Below, in pieces: positions 39,856-48,288 of a stretch of 64,000 bases of DNA. This stretch comes from an uncultured bacterium (GTDB taxonomy: Bacteria > Verrucomicrobiota > Verrucomicrobiia > Verrucomicrobiales > DEV007): NCBI GenBank assembly GCA_963977015.1, contig CAXBMO010000003.1:1-64000 (forward strand), written 5' to 3'. Made by a program: the position numbers and the translations under genes. Position 1 is the first letter of the stretch. Each line of letters starts with the position of its first letter. The notes beneath the pieces are model-generated. The model was not told the origin of the DNA, searched no databases, and saw only the letters and a program-made list of their open reading frames with translations.

Positions 39856-39884
39856 ATTCTGGGATGGAACCATCCTTTCGGCAA
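39856..39884 (-). promoter_or_regulatory. Putative promoter with palindromic spacer
   Basis: Minus strand TTGCCG-N17-CAGAAT; the spacer contains GGATGG-TT-CCATCC. Confidence 0.4.
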
Positions 39885-39885
39885 G

Positions 39886-41244
39886 CTATTTGCCAATGCA
39901 AAAGGCCCCGAATATTTCGCCAAGAATTTCCTCAATATCGGTATGACCAATGACCTCACCAATCGAAGATAATGCGGATCGCAGTTCGAGGGCGATGAAT
40001 TCGGGAGATTCGCCGGTCATGAGCTTTGTATTCGCCTCTTGCAAGACTGCGGAAGCCTTCAGTAGGCATGCCTGGTGCCTTGCATTGATCGCAACCGCAT
40101 GATGCCCACCTTCTTCCGTGTCGACTCCTAGCGAGTTGATGATCGCTGCGGTGAGGTTTTCAAAACCTTGGCGATCTGCGCAGGAGACTCGGATGGCTTC
40201 TGATTCTTTCCAATCGGGATGCTCGGCGAGATCGGACTTGTTGAGAATCGTGACGACCGATTGACTCTCTGAGATGGGGAGCGGGCGCTGATTTTGCTGC
40301 GGGCTGCAACTGCCGTCGAACACCTGGAGCACCAACTCTGCATCAGCAATCTGGGATTCCGCCCTGGCGATACCCTCCTGCTCAATCTGATCCGTCGCGG
40401 TTCGCACACCTGCGGTATCGATCAACCGCAAGGGAATGCCTTCCAGGTTGATCACCTCTTCGATCGTGTCGCGGGTGGTTCCGGCGATCTCACTGACGAT
40501 CGCGCGATCAAAGCCGAGCAAAACATTGAGCAGGCTGCTTTTGCCCACGTTCGGTGCTCCCGCGATCACGGTTCGAACGCCTTCCCGCAGAATGCGTCCC
40601 TGGTGAGCAGTGGCGGTCAATTTGGAGATGGCCGCGTCGAGTTCCCGAATTCGCCCGGCCAACCCCTCACCGGTATCAGGATCGATATCTTCGTCAGGAA
40701 AGTCGATAAAGGCCTCCACGTGCGCAATGACTCCGATCAACTCCTTTCGAAGGCGTTCGACTTCGGTGCCCAACTGGCCCTGAAGCTGCTCGTTTGCCGA
40801 TCGGAGTGCCAGCTCCGTTTGGGCAGAGATCACGTCCATGACCGCCTCCGCCTGGGTGAGATCCATCTTGCCGTTGAAGAACGCTCGTTGAGTGAACTCG
40901 CCTCCGGTGGCGGCTCGAGCGCCGGCCTGGAGAAGTTGACTCAAGACCGCACGGGTCACGAGCATGCCGCCATGACAACTGATCTCGATGAGGTCTTCTC
41001 CCGTGTAACTGCGAGGTCCCTTGAACCAGGTGAGCAGGACTTCATCGACTGGCTGTTCGTCTGCATCGACAATGGTCCCAAACGTGGCGTAGCGCGGTTT
41101 GATGGAGGCAAAGTCTCCGGAGGCTGGTCGGAAAAGACCTTCGCAGATGGGGCGGGCGCCAGCTCCACTGACGCGAATCAGTGAGATGGCCCCTTTTCCG
41201 GGAGGAGTCGCAATGGCTGCGATCGTGTCTTGATCCGGGCTCAT
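39886..41244 (-). CDS. mnmE: tRNA modification GTPase MnmE
   Basis: DTIAAIAT, SYTGED, GAPNVGKSSL, GTTRD, DTAG, NKSD, C-terminal FCIGK; ATG 41244 overlaps the hisC stop (ATGA). Confidence 0.97.
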   Translation of the reverse strand: MSPDQDTIAAIATPPGKGAISLIRVSGAGARPICEGLFRPASGDFASIKPRYATFGTIVDADEQPVDEVLLTWFKGPRSYTGEDLIEISCHGGMLVTRAVLSQLLQAGARAATGGEFTQRAFFNGKMDLTQAEAVMDVISAQTELALRSANEQLQGQLGTEVERLRKELIGVIAHVEAFIDFPDEDIDPDTGEGLAGRIRELDAAISKLTATAHQGRILREGVRTVIAGAPNVGKSSLLNVLLGFDRAIVSEIAGTTRDTIEEVINLEGIPLRLIDTAGVRTATDQIEQEGIARAESQIADAELVLQVFDGSCSPQQNQRPLPISESQSVVTILNKSDLAEHPDWKESEAIRVSCADRQGFENLTAAIINSLGVDTEEGGHHAVAINARHQACLLKASAVLQEANTKLMTGESPEFIALELRSALSSIGEVIGHTDIEEILGEIFGAFCIGK

Positions 41245-42332
41245 TCCAACAGCTGCTTCAAGACCTCGACGCAGCGAGCGTTCTGATCGGGTCTTCCAAT
41301 GCTGATGCGAACCCAATCCGGGAGCTTGTAACCTCTCATGGCCCGCAAAATGACACCTTGCTTCATCATCTCGCGAAAGATGCGATCTCCGTCACCTACC
41401 TTCACGAGAACGAAATTGGCGAAGCTGGGAACGAACTCGAGACCCATTTTCTCGAACTCCGTTTGGAAATACGTTCGGCCTTCATCGGTGAGTTGCCGGG
41501 TCTTTTCCTGATGATCTTCATCCAGCAGACCGGCCAGAGCTCCAACCTGGGCAATTGCATTGGCATTGAACGGCTGGCGACATTTTTGGAGCACATCGGC
41601 GATTGGTTGTGGCGCCAATCCATAGCCGATCCGGAGCCCGGCAAGCCCCTGAATTTTCGAAAACGTCCGCAAAATAACCACGTTCCGGCCTTCTCGCACA
41701 AATTTCAGCGTGTCGGGCGGCTCGTTGAGAAACTCATAATAGGCTTCGTCAAAAATGACCACCACGTGCTCAGGGACCTTGTCCATGAAGCGTTCAATGT
41801 CTTCCTGCCCGACCATTGTCCCGGTGGGGTTATTCGGGTTGGCGACGAAAATTTGTTTGGTATTTGGGGTAATCGCTGCCGCCATCGCATCGAGATCATG
41901 AACAAATCCAGGATCCGGGATCTCGATGGTGTCCGCACCAAAGAGCGTGGCCATCAGCTTGTAAACGACGAATGCGTGATCGGCGACAATCACATTGTCC
42001 CCGGGGTTGAGGAATGCGTGACCAATCAACTCGATAATTTCGTTGGAGCCGTTGCCGAGAATCACGTTTTCGCGGTTCAGGCCAAACTTTTCAGCGATCG
42101 CATTGCGCAACCGCCAGCCACCGCCGTCCGGGTAAAAGTGAACGTTTTCGACGGCTTCCTTCATGGCCTCGACTGCTTTGGGCGAGGGGCCGATTGGATT
42201 TTCGTTGGAGGCAAGTTTGATGATCTCATCCGGCTCCAAGCCGAGTTCGCGCGCCACATCCTCGATGGGCTTTCCGGGTTCGTAGGCGATTAAATCGCGT
42301 AGCTGTGGTTTGGCGTAATCCCAAATGGACAT
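41241..42332 (-). CDS. hisC: Histidinol-phosphate aminotransferase
   Basis: YEPGKP, KLASNENP, GNGSNE, NPNNPTG, DEAYYEF, RTFSK PLP lysine. Confidence 0.95.
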   Translation of the reverse strand: MSIWDYAKPQLRDLIAYEPGKPIEDVARELGLEPDEIIKLASNENPIGPSPKAVEAMKEAVENVHFYPDGGGWRLRNAIAEKFGLNRENVILGNGSNEIIELIGHAFLNPGDNVIVADHAFVVYKLMATLFGADTIEIPDPGFVHDLDAMAAAITPNTKQIFVANPNNPTGTMVGQEDIERFMDKVPEHVVVIFDEAYYEFLNEPPDTLKFVREGRNVVILRTFSKIQGLAGLRIGYGLAPQPIADVLQKCRQPFNANAIAQVGALAGLLDEDHQEKTRQLTDEGRTYFQTEFEKMGLEFVPSFANFVLVKVGDGDRIFREMMKQGVILRAMRGYKLPDWVRISIGRPDQNARCVEVLKQLLE

Positions 42333-42449
42333 GCGCGAACCTGCCGTTGTGTTGATGAAATTCAAATGAGAAAGCGGAGGGGACTTCGCGCGGCAGAAGG
42401 TCCATCGCGTCCTTCTCGTCGATCGCTGAAGGGATGGCCAGGTCTCTTC

Positions 42450-43160
42450 CTAGCTCGGGCCGAGGAAGTCGGCCCTGATGCTTGGCTCAAAGGGCATTTG
42501 GATGATCCTTGGACTCCTCAGTTTCGATTGAAGGGCGGATTCGAAGTTCTGTAGCATCAAGGATCTCGATTCGGAGGATGAATTTCGATGGTGGGCGGAA
42601 GTGGTGAAATGGTGATGGTTCAGCAGCAGGCTTAGCAGCCCTGCAAAGCCAATCGGTTTCACAGCTGGAGGAGAGGGGAGTGCCCGCAGCCGAATTTTAG
42701 GTTGGAAGTCACCTAAATAGACGTCATCTGGATGCAAGGAATCGATGGTCAGTTCCAGCCGTTCGCTTCGTTTTAGCGCACGATGAATTGCCCAGCCGAT
42801 CTGAATGGCTTTCGGTGTTTCGAGCGGTCCTGATTTCAGGATTTGGGAAATGGTGCTCAACTCGTCCACATCCTCGATCACCCAATGAGAGGTCTTCGTG
42901 CTCCAACGCTCGGACAGATGGGTGATTGGCCGGTGCCAGGTTTGGCTGAATGCCCAAGCTCGGTTGATGGTGTGACAAGACTCCGAATCTTTGGGAAACC
43001 GGTGAACCACAGTTTTTCTCCCGCTTGGTTTCCGAACATGAAACCGGGTTGGGCCGTCGCTCTCATGGTTCTCGCAGGGCAGAAAAATCCCACGTCTTGC
43101 CAGCTCGATTCGGTCTTCGTCTCTAAAAAATGACTTCGGGAATTTCTGAGATTTCAGCAT
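42450..43160 (-). CDS. Degenerate Ser/Thr-kinase-like protein (putative pseudokinase)
   Basis: Kinase scaffold pattern (HRPITHL, WVIEDV, SQILKSGPL, AIQIGWAIHRAL, DSLHPDDVYL) without HRD or DFG. Confidence 0.45.
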   Translation of the reverse strand: MLKSQKFPKSFFRDEDRIELARRGIFLPCENHESDGPTRFHVRKPSGRKTVVHRFPKDSESCHTINRAWAFSQTWHRPITHLSERWSTKTSHWVIEDVDELSTISQILKSGPLETPKAIQIGWAIHRALKRSERLELTIDSLHPDDVYLGDFQPKIRLRALPSPPAVKPIGFAGLLSLLLNHHHFTTSAHHRNSSSESRSLMLQNFESALQSKLRSPRIIQMPFEPSIRADFLGPS

Positions 43161-43254
43161 TGCGTCTCAATTTTGAGATTGAGAATCTAGGCAATATTGA
43201 AAAGAAGGCAATTGAGATTGTCAGTATTTCAGAGTTATCACCCTCAGAGCGCGA

Positions 43255-44253
43255 TCAAGGCACTGGAAGATGATTCAGGATCTCCTGAATGATCTGTTCC
43301 GTTGTGATTCCCTCGGCCTCAGCCTCATACGTCAGCAAAATCCGATGCCTCAGTACGTCGGTCGCGAGATCTTTGATGTCCTCAGGCCAAACGCTGCCCC
43401 GGCCATTCAGGAAAGCGCGCGCTCGAGCGGCAAGCGTAAGGTTAATGGTGCCTCGGGGCGAAGAACCGGCCCGAATCAGAGGCTTGAGGTTCTCGTGGAT
43501 TCGGTCGGGATTCCGGGTCGCATCAATCAAATCAACAATGTAGTCCTTGATCGAATCGTCGATATAGATCTGATTCACCAATGACCGGCTGTTGATGATG
43601 GTTTCCGGATCGACAATCTGCCGAGTCTCGGGGGGCTTCGAACTGGTGGCCATCAGGTCGAGAATTTGGCGCTCTTCCGCCCGGGTTGGGTAGTCGACGT
43701 TTACTTTGAGGAGGAAACGGTCCAGTTGAGCCTCTGGAAGTTGGTAGGTTCCTTCCTGGTCAATTGGGTTCTGCGTTGCCAGGACCAGAAACGGATCGGG
43801 AAGAAGGTAGGTGTTTTCTCCAATCGTGACCTGTCTCTCCTGCATCGCTTCGAGAAGAGCACTTTGAACCTTTGCTGGCGCCCGGTTAATCTCGTCAGCC
43901 AGAATCAGGTTCGAGAAAATGGGGCCTAACTTCGCGGTAAATTCAGCAGATTGCTGATTGTAAATCATGGTGCCGATCAGGTCGGCGGGAAGGAGGTCCG
44001 GGGTAAATTGGAAGCGTTGAAAGTCAACATGCAAGCACCCGCTGAGGGCTTTGATGGTCAGGGTTTTCGCGAGACCGGGAACCCCTTCGAGGAGGACATG
44101 GCCATTGGTGAGCAAGCCAACCATCAGCCGATCCACCAACTCGTGCTGGCCGATCAAGACCCGGGACATCTCGTCCCTAACTGCCTGAACCCAGGTAAAT
44201 TGCTTCTCGATTTGTTCAGTGAGGACCGCGGGTTCGATGGGAGCGCTAGGCAT
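43255..44253 (-). CDS. moxR: MoxR-family AAA+ ATPase
   Basis: HVLLEGVPGLAKT, QFTPDLLPAD, LADEINRAPAKVQSALLEAM, ATQNPIDQEGTY.LPEAQLDRF. ATG 44253 chosen. Confidence 0.95.
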   Translation of the reverse strand: MPSAPIEPAVLTEQIEKQFTWVQAVRDEMSRVLIGQHELVDRLMVGLLTNGHVLLEGVPGLAKTLTIKALSGCLHVDFQRFQFTPDLLPADLIGTMIYNQQSAEFTAKLGPIFSNLILADEINRAPAKVQSALLEAMQERQVTIGENTYLLPDPFLVLATQNPIDQEGTYQLPEAQLDRFLLKVNVDYPTRAEERQILDLMATSSKPPETRQIVDPETIINSRSLVNQIYIDDSIKDYIVDLIDATRNPDRIHENLKPLIRAGSSPRGTINLTLAARARAFLNGRGSVWPEDIKDLATDVLRHRILLTYEAEAEGITTEQIIQEILNHLPVP

Positions 44254-44325
44254 AAGTTGATCCGATAATAGTATGAATGAAGATCGCAAAGGATGCCGAA
44301 ACCCTCGCAAAGTTCAAGCTAAGAG

Positions 44326-45768
44326 CTAGGAATCCGGTGATTCAGCATTTCCTCCGTCTTCGACGCCGCTTTCCGGGGTTTGATTCGCTCCTTCTCTCGC
44401 CAGTCGCTGAGTCATTTCCGGCTGAATTCGCCGCTCCCAGATATATCGCCGGAAGAGCACTTTGACGGCTGCGGTGAGGGGAACCGCGAGAAGCGCTCCG
44501 AGTAATCCACCAAGAAGCAGACCCCAGAAAAGCATTGAAAAAATGACCGTGATTGGATGGAGGCCAACGCTGTCGCCAACAATTTTCGGTGCCGTCACCA
44601 ATCCGTTGATCTGCTGTAGAATCACAAAAAGCAAAATCACGATGACGGCATAGGTGCCCACTTGTGTCGGTAGCCAATTCCAGGTGTTCGTGTAGATCTC
44701 GTAGCTGAGCGGGTTTCCCGCGGCATCGAGAATCGTCTCATGAATCCGATGATCACGGCCGGCCAACTCAGCTGCCGGAATCAGGGTTTTTGACCCAAAG
44801 TGCACCAGCGTGATAATAATCGTGGGAATCAGCACGATGAGCGAGCCGACGTAGGGAATGAGGCCGAGAATTGCGAGAAACACCCCCAGCAGGAGAGCGT
44901 AGGGCAGTCCCATGAAACTGAGGGCGATCGTGACAAGCAGCGCGTCAATCATGCTGACGAGCATTTGTCCGCGAAAATAGGCGATGAGATATTGATTGAT
45001 CTCTTTCAGGACATCGACCAGCTCGTCTTTGAGCTTCGATTTCCGGAGCGGAACATAGTCACTCCAATTCTTTGCGATGCTCGTGCTTTCCCGAAGGAAG
45101 AAGAACAGATAAATGGGAACGAGGAAAAACCCGAGGAGATAGCCCAATATCGAGGCGGCGCTGGAGAAACCTCGACCGAAAAAGACGGCCAATTCGTCCA
45201 TAAAGCCGCTCACGTGATCCCAAACCCAGCTTGAAAGCGTCCCGACATCCCAAGTGTTGTCTTCCGTCTTGAAACGTTGGACAAAGGTGAGGTTTCCAAC
45301 CCGTTCGTCAATCGATTGCAGAATATCATTCAGCTTCTGCTCAAGTTTCGTTTCGGTTTTCGTTCCCCCTTCCGGACGGTCTGTTGAGTCCTCAACGATG
45401 ATGCTGGGTATCTCCGTGAGATATTCAGCCGAGAATTTCTTGGCTTGTCGTACGGTTGGATAAATGACGAGGAACGCCAAAAGAAGCAGGAACGAGAGGA
45501 AGGAGAAAAAGACGGTATAGACGGCCCGTTTGCGTTCAACGCCCCGCTTGACCAGAAGAATGATCACGGGTTCCAGAAGGTAGGCCAGGATCGCGGCTAC
45601 GGCGACGGGAACAAGAACCGGCTGAAGATATCCCAAGCCCCAGCTTACGAGGAAGACCGCTCCAACCGAAATTGCACCCAGAACCACGATGCAGAAGGCA
45701 GTCAGGGCTGCCCAAGCCGTTTTCTTTTGGAACGTTGATGGAGAAAAATTGCGCACCTGAGAAATCAA
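44326..45768 (-). CDS. AI-2E family transporter
   Basis: LAYLLEP, YFRGQMLV, LIPYVG, PKIVGDSVGLHP, GALLAVPL; start may be GTG 45756. Confidence 0.9.
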   Translation of the reverse strand: MISQVRNFSPSTFQKKTAWAALTAFCIVVLGAISVGAVFLVSWGLGYLQPVLVPVAVAAILAYLLEPVIILLVKRGVERKRAVYTVFFSFLSFLLLLAFLVIYPTVRQAKKFSAEYLTEIPSIIVEDSTDRPEGGTKTETKLEQKLNDILQSIDERVGNLTFVQRFKTEDNTWDVGTLSSWVWDHVSGFMDELAVFFGRGFSSAASILGYLLGFFLVPIYLFFFLRESTSIAKNWSDYVPLRKSKLKDELVDVLKEINQYLIAYFRGQMLVSMIDALLVTIALSFMGLPYALLLGVFLAILGLIPYVGSLIVLIPTIIITLVHFGSKTLIPAAELAGRDHRIHETILDAAGNPLSYEIYTNTWNWLPTQVGTYAVIVILLFVILQQINGLVTAPKIVGDSVGLHPITVIFSMLFWGLLLGGLLGALLAVPLTAAVKVLFRRYIWERRIQPEMTQRLAREGANQTPESGVEDGGNAESPDS

Positions 45769-45936
45769 AATGAATTGATTCCCAACCCTTCATACGGTCT
45801 CAGGACAAATCAACTTTGGGTTCGTAGAATGCTAAATTCTGTTTAACGACATGGAAAAACGTTGGATTTGCCCTTCAATCTGCGCGACTGGTCCCTCGTA
45901 GCGCCGTCCTTTGGTTCATGGGGGCGAACTTTTACA

Positions 45937-46671
45937 ATGGCTGCGACCAATCAATTTTTCAGCTTAAGCCTGACCCGTCCCGGCGCAAAACGAGACGTCG
46001 TTGATCACAAGGAAAACGAGGATCGCGTGTTGGTGCGAGAGTTTAGCAAGGAGGAAACCTTCAGCGAATCTCCGACCATGCTGGTCGCGGTCGCTGATGG
46101 CGTCAGTCGATGTGCGGACGGTGGTGCGGTGGCCGAATGGTTGCTGACGCAAATTGATCGCGATGTGATTTTCGAAGAGAATCACCAGAAAACCCTCATC
46201 AATCAGTTTCACGATTACGCCGAGTCGCTCCGAGCCAAGTTCATGGTCGAGTTTAAGGACCGGCCTGAAATCCAGGAGAGCGGTTGCACGTTTGCAGCGG
46301 CATTGGTCAGCGGCGACACCGGTGCTGCTTACTGGGCTGGTGATTCGCCAGTCTATTTGATTACCCCGAATGGGGAGCGGTTGAAGGCCCGCACCCTCAC
46401 AATCGCCGACAAAGATCCTTATTCGGGAGCGCTGACCGATTGCTTTAGTGGGGTCACGCCATTTCGGGTGAAGCAGGCCGGGTTTAAGGTGGAGCCTGGC
46501 CACATCGTCGTGGCTGTGAGCGACGGGGTGGCCTACGACGGCGAAGACTTGGCTGCGACGATTCATTCCAACGGTTTTACGCAGGAGTGGATGGAGTCGA
46601 TTTGCCAGCAATCCTTCGATATGCCGTTTTCTGATGATATCAGTTTGGCGGGCGTCCGAATCGAGGATTGA
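45937..46671 (+). CDS. PP2C/PPM-family protein phosphatase
   Basis: NED, AVADGV, WAGDSPVY, VSDGV, DDIS metal-binding motifs. ATG 45937 chosen. Confidence 0.85.
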   Translation: MAATNQFFSLSLTRPGAKRDVVDHKENEDRVLVREFSKEETFSESPTMLVAVADGVSRCADGGAVAEWLLTQIDRDVIFEENHQKTLINQFHDYAESLRAKFMVEFKDRPEIQESGCTFAAALVSGDTGAAYWAGDSPVYLITPNGERLKARTLTIADKDPYSGALTDCFSGVTPFRVKQAGFKVEPGHIVVAVSDGVAYDGEDLAATIHSNGFTQEWMESICQQSFDMPFSDDISLAGVRIED

Positions 46672-46727
46672 AGCTTCCGAAAAAGGCGGTTGAGAGCGAG
46701 CCTTCCCTCGGGTAAATCTTTGCAGAT

Positions 46728-47792
46728 ATGCCTGACGAAACAGCGGTTCGCGAAACACTAGCCCAAGTAAAATACCCGGGATTTTCCCGTGATGTCGTTT
46801 CCTTTGGATTAGTCAAGGAGATCAAAATTGACGGAAGCGCAGTCGACGTTGTCTTCTCATTTGCGACGCGGGATCCCAAAGTTCCGGAGCAAATTTATAA
46901 GGACGCCCGGGCGGCTCTCGAAGCGATGGATGGCGTTGATGAGGTTCATCTTGAGTTTGATATCAAGGATCCGCCACAACAACAGCCGCCAGCAGCCGGG
47001 GGTGAAGGTGGAGTGATGGCTGATGCGAAAATTCCCGGAGTGAAGCACGTCATTGCGGTTGGCAGCGGCAAAGGTGGGGTAGGGAAGTCCACGGTGGCGG
47101 CGAATCTGGCCGTTGCGCTGCAGAAGACCGGCGCCCGCGTTGGGCTTTGCGACTGCGACCTTTATGGCCCGAGCGTCGCGATGATGTTCGGCAGCAATGA
47201 TCAGCCGATGGTGAACGAGGCGGATCAGATCATCCCAATTCGCGCTCACGGGCTTCAACTGATGTCGATGGGCTTTATGCTGGGCGATGATTCTCCAGTC
47301 ATTGTCCGGGGGCCGATGGCGACCCGCTACACCCAGCAGTTTCTCCGGAATGTTGCGTGGGATCAGCTCGATTACTTGATTCTCGATCTCCCGCCCGGAA
47401 CCGGCGATATTCAGCTTACCATCGTGCAAACGGCCTCGCTTTCCGGGGCTGTGATTGTCACGACCCCTCAGGAAGTTGCGTTGATTGACGCCCGCAAGGC
47501 CGTGGCCATGTTCGGGAAAGTGAACGTGGAGATTTTGGGGATCGTCGAGAACATGAGCTACTTCCTTTGCCCGAGTGATGGGAAACGCTACGACATCTTT
47601 GGAACCGGCGGCGGAAAGAAGGAGGCCGAGACTCTCGGAGTTCCACTTCTCGGGGAGATCCCAATTGATATCGAAACCCGGCAGGCTTGCGATGATGGAG
47701 AACCGATCGCGATTCGTGATGAGAAGGACAACGCAACCAGCAAGGTATTTGCGGAAATCGCCCAAAAGCTCATAGCCCGAGTCGATGCGTGA
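46728..47792 (+). CDS. mrp: Mrp/ApbC Fe-S cluster carrier ATPase
   Basis: N-terminal DUF59-like segment, GKGGVGKST, DLYGPS, DLPPGTGD, VTTPQ, ENMS.F.CP. Confidence 0.95.
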   Translation: MPDETAVRETLAQVKYPGFSRDVVSFGLVKEIKIDGSAVDVVFSFATRDPKVPEQIYKDARAALEAMDGVDEVHLEFDIKDPPQQQPPAAGGEGGVMADAKIPGVKHVIAVGSGKGGVGKSTVAANLAVALQKTGARVGLCDCDLYGPSVAMMFGSNDQPMVNEADQIIPIRAHGLQLMSMGFMLGDDSPVIVRGPMATRYTQQFLRNVAWDQLDYLILDLPPGTGDIQLTIVQTASLSGAVIVTTPQEVALIDARKAVAMFGKVNVEILGIVENMSYFLCPSDGKRYDIFGTGGGKKEAETLGVPLLGEIPIDIETRQACDDGEPIAIRDEKDNATSKVFAEIAQKLIARVDA

Positions 47793-48217
47793 TTCGATTT
47801 GAAGTCATTCGCCCGGATCCTGGGTTTTCGCTGACCCTCGAGGAAGAGAGCGGAGAAGTGGAGTTGGAGTGTCCCTTCTCGGTTCCGCTTTTTTTCGCTC
47901 AGAATTGTCGGAAAGGCGACTTGATGCTCTGGCTCGATGTCGAAACCAACGTCGTCGGCATTTTTGCCGGAGACAGAAGGGTGGCTTGGCGCCACGCCAT
48001 GATCGCGAGGGCCAATATTGCCATCCTTCATCCCGCCAAGGGGCAATCTGGGGTCGTTGGATTCGAAGTCGGACTACGAGAGGAAGCCGGGGAGCGGCCG
48101 GTATTCGCGGTGGATGAATATTCCCGGGAGATTCTGGATTGGTTCAAGCTGCGGAGATCCGCTCTGAACGAGTACTTTGGAGTCGAAGTTGCGGTGAAGG
48201 ATTACGGAACTCTGTAG
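47789..48217 (+). CDS. Hypothetical protein
   Basis: GTGA overlap with the mrp stop; fills the gap to the next gene; no recognised motif. Confidence 0.5.
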   Translation: MIRFEVIRPDPGFSLTLEEESGEVELECPFSVPLFFAQNCRKGDLMLWLDVETNVVGIFAGDRRVAWRHAMIARANIAILHPAKGQSGVVGFEVGLREEAGERPVFAVDEYSREILDWFKLRRSALNEYFGVEVAVKDYGTL

Positions 48218-48288
48218 CAAATTGGGGAATCCGAATAACTCGTTCTCGACGGACGCCCAAGGGTGAGGCAAAGTTGCTCCACCTCCAA

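Noticed and set aside
40294-42293. 296-aa and 370-aa plus-strand ORFs
   Set aside because: Antisense to mnmE and hisC.
48139-48288. Extended start of the secondary SecA
   Set aside because: Overlaps the upstream CDS by 79 nt; ATG 48289 fits better.
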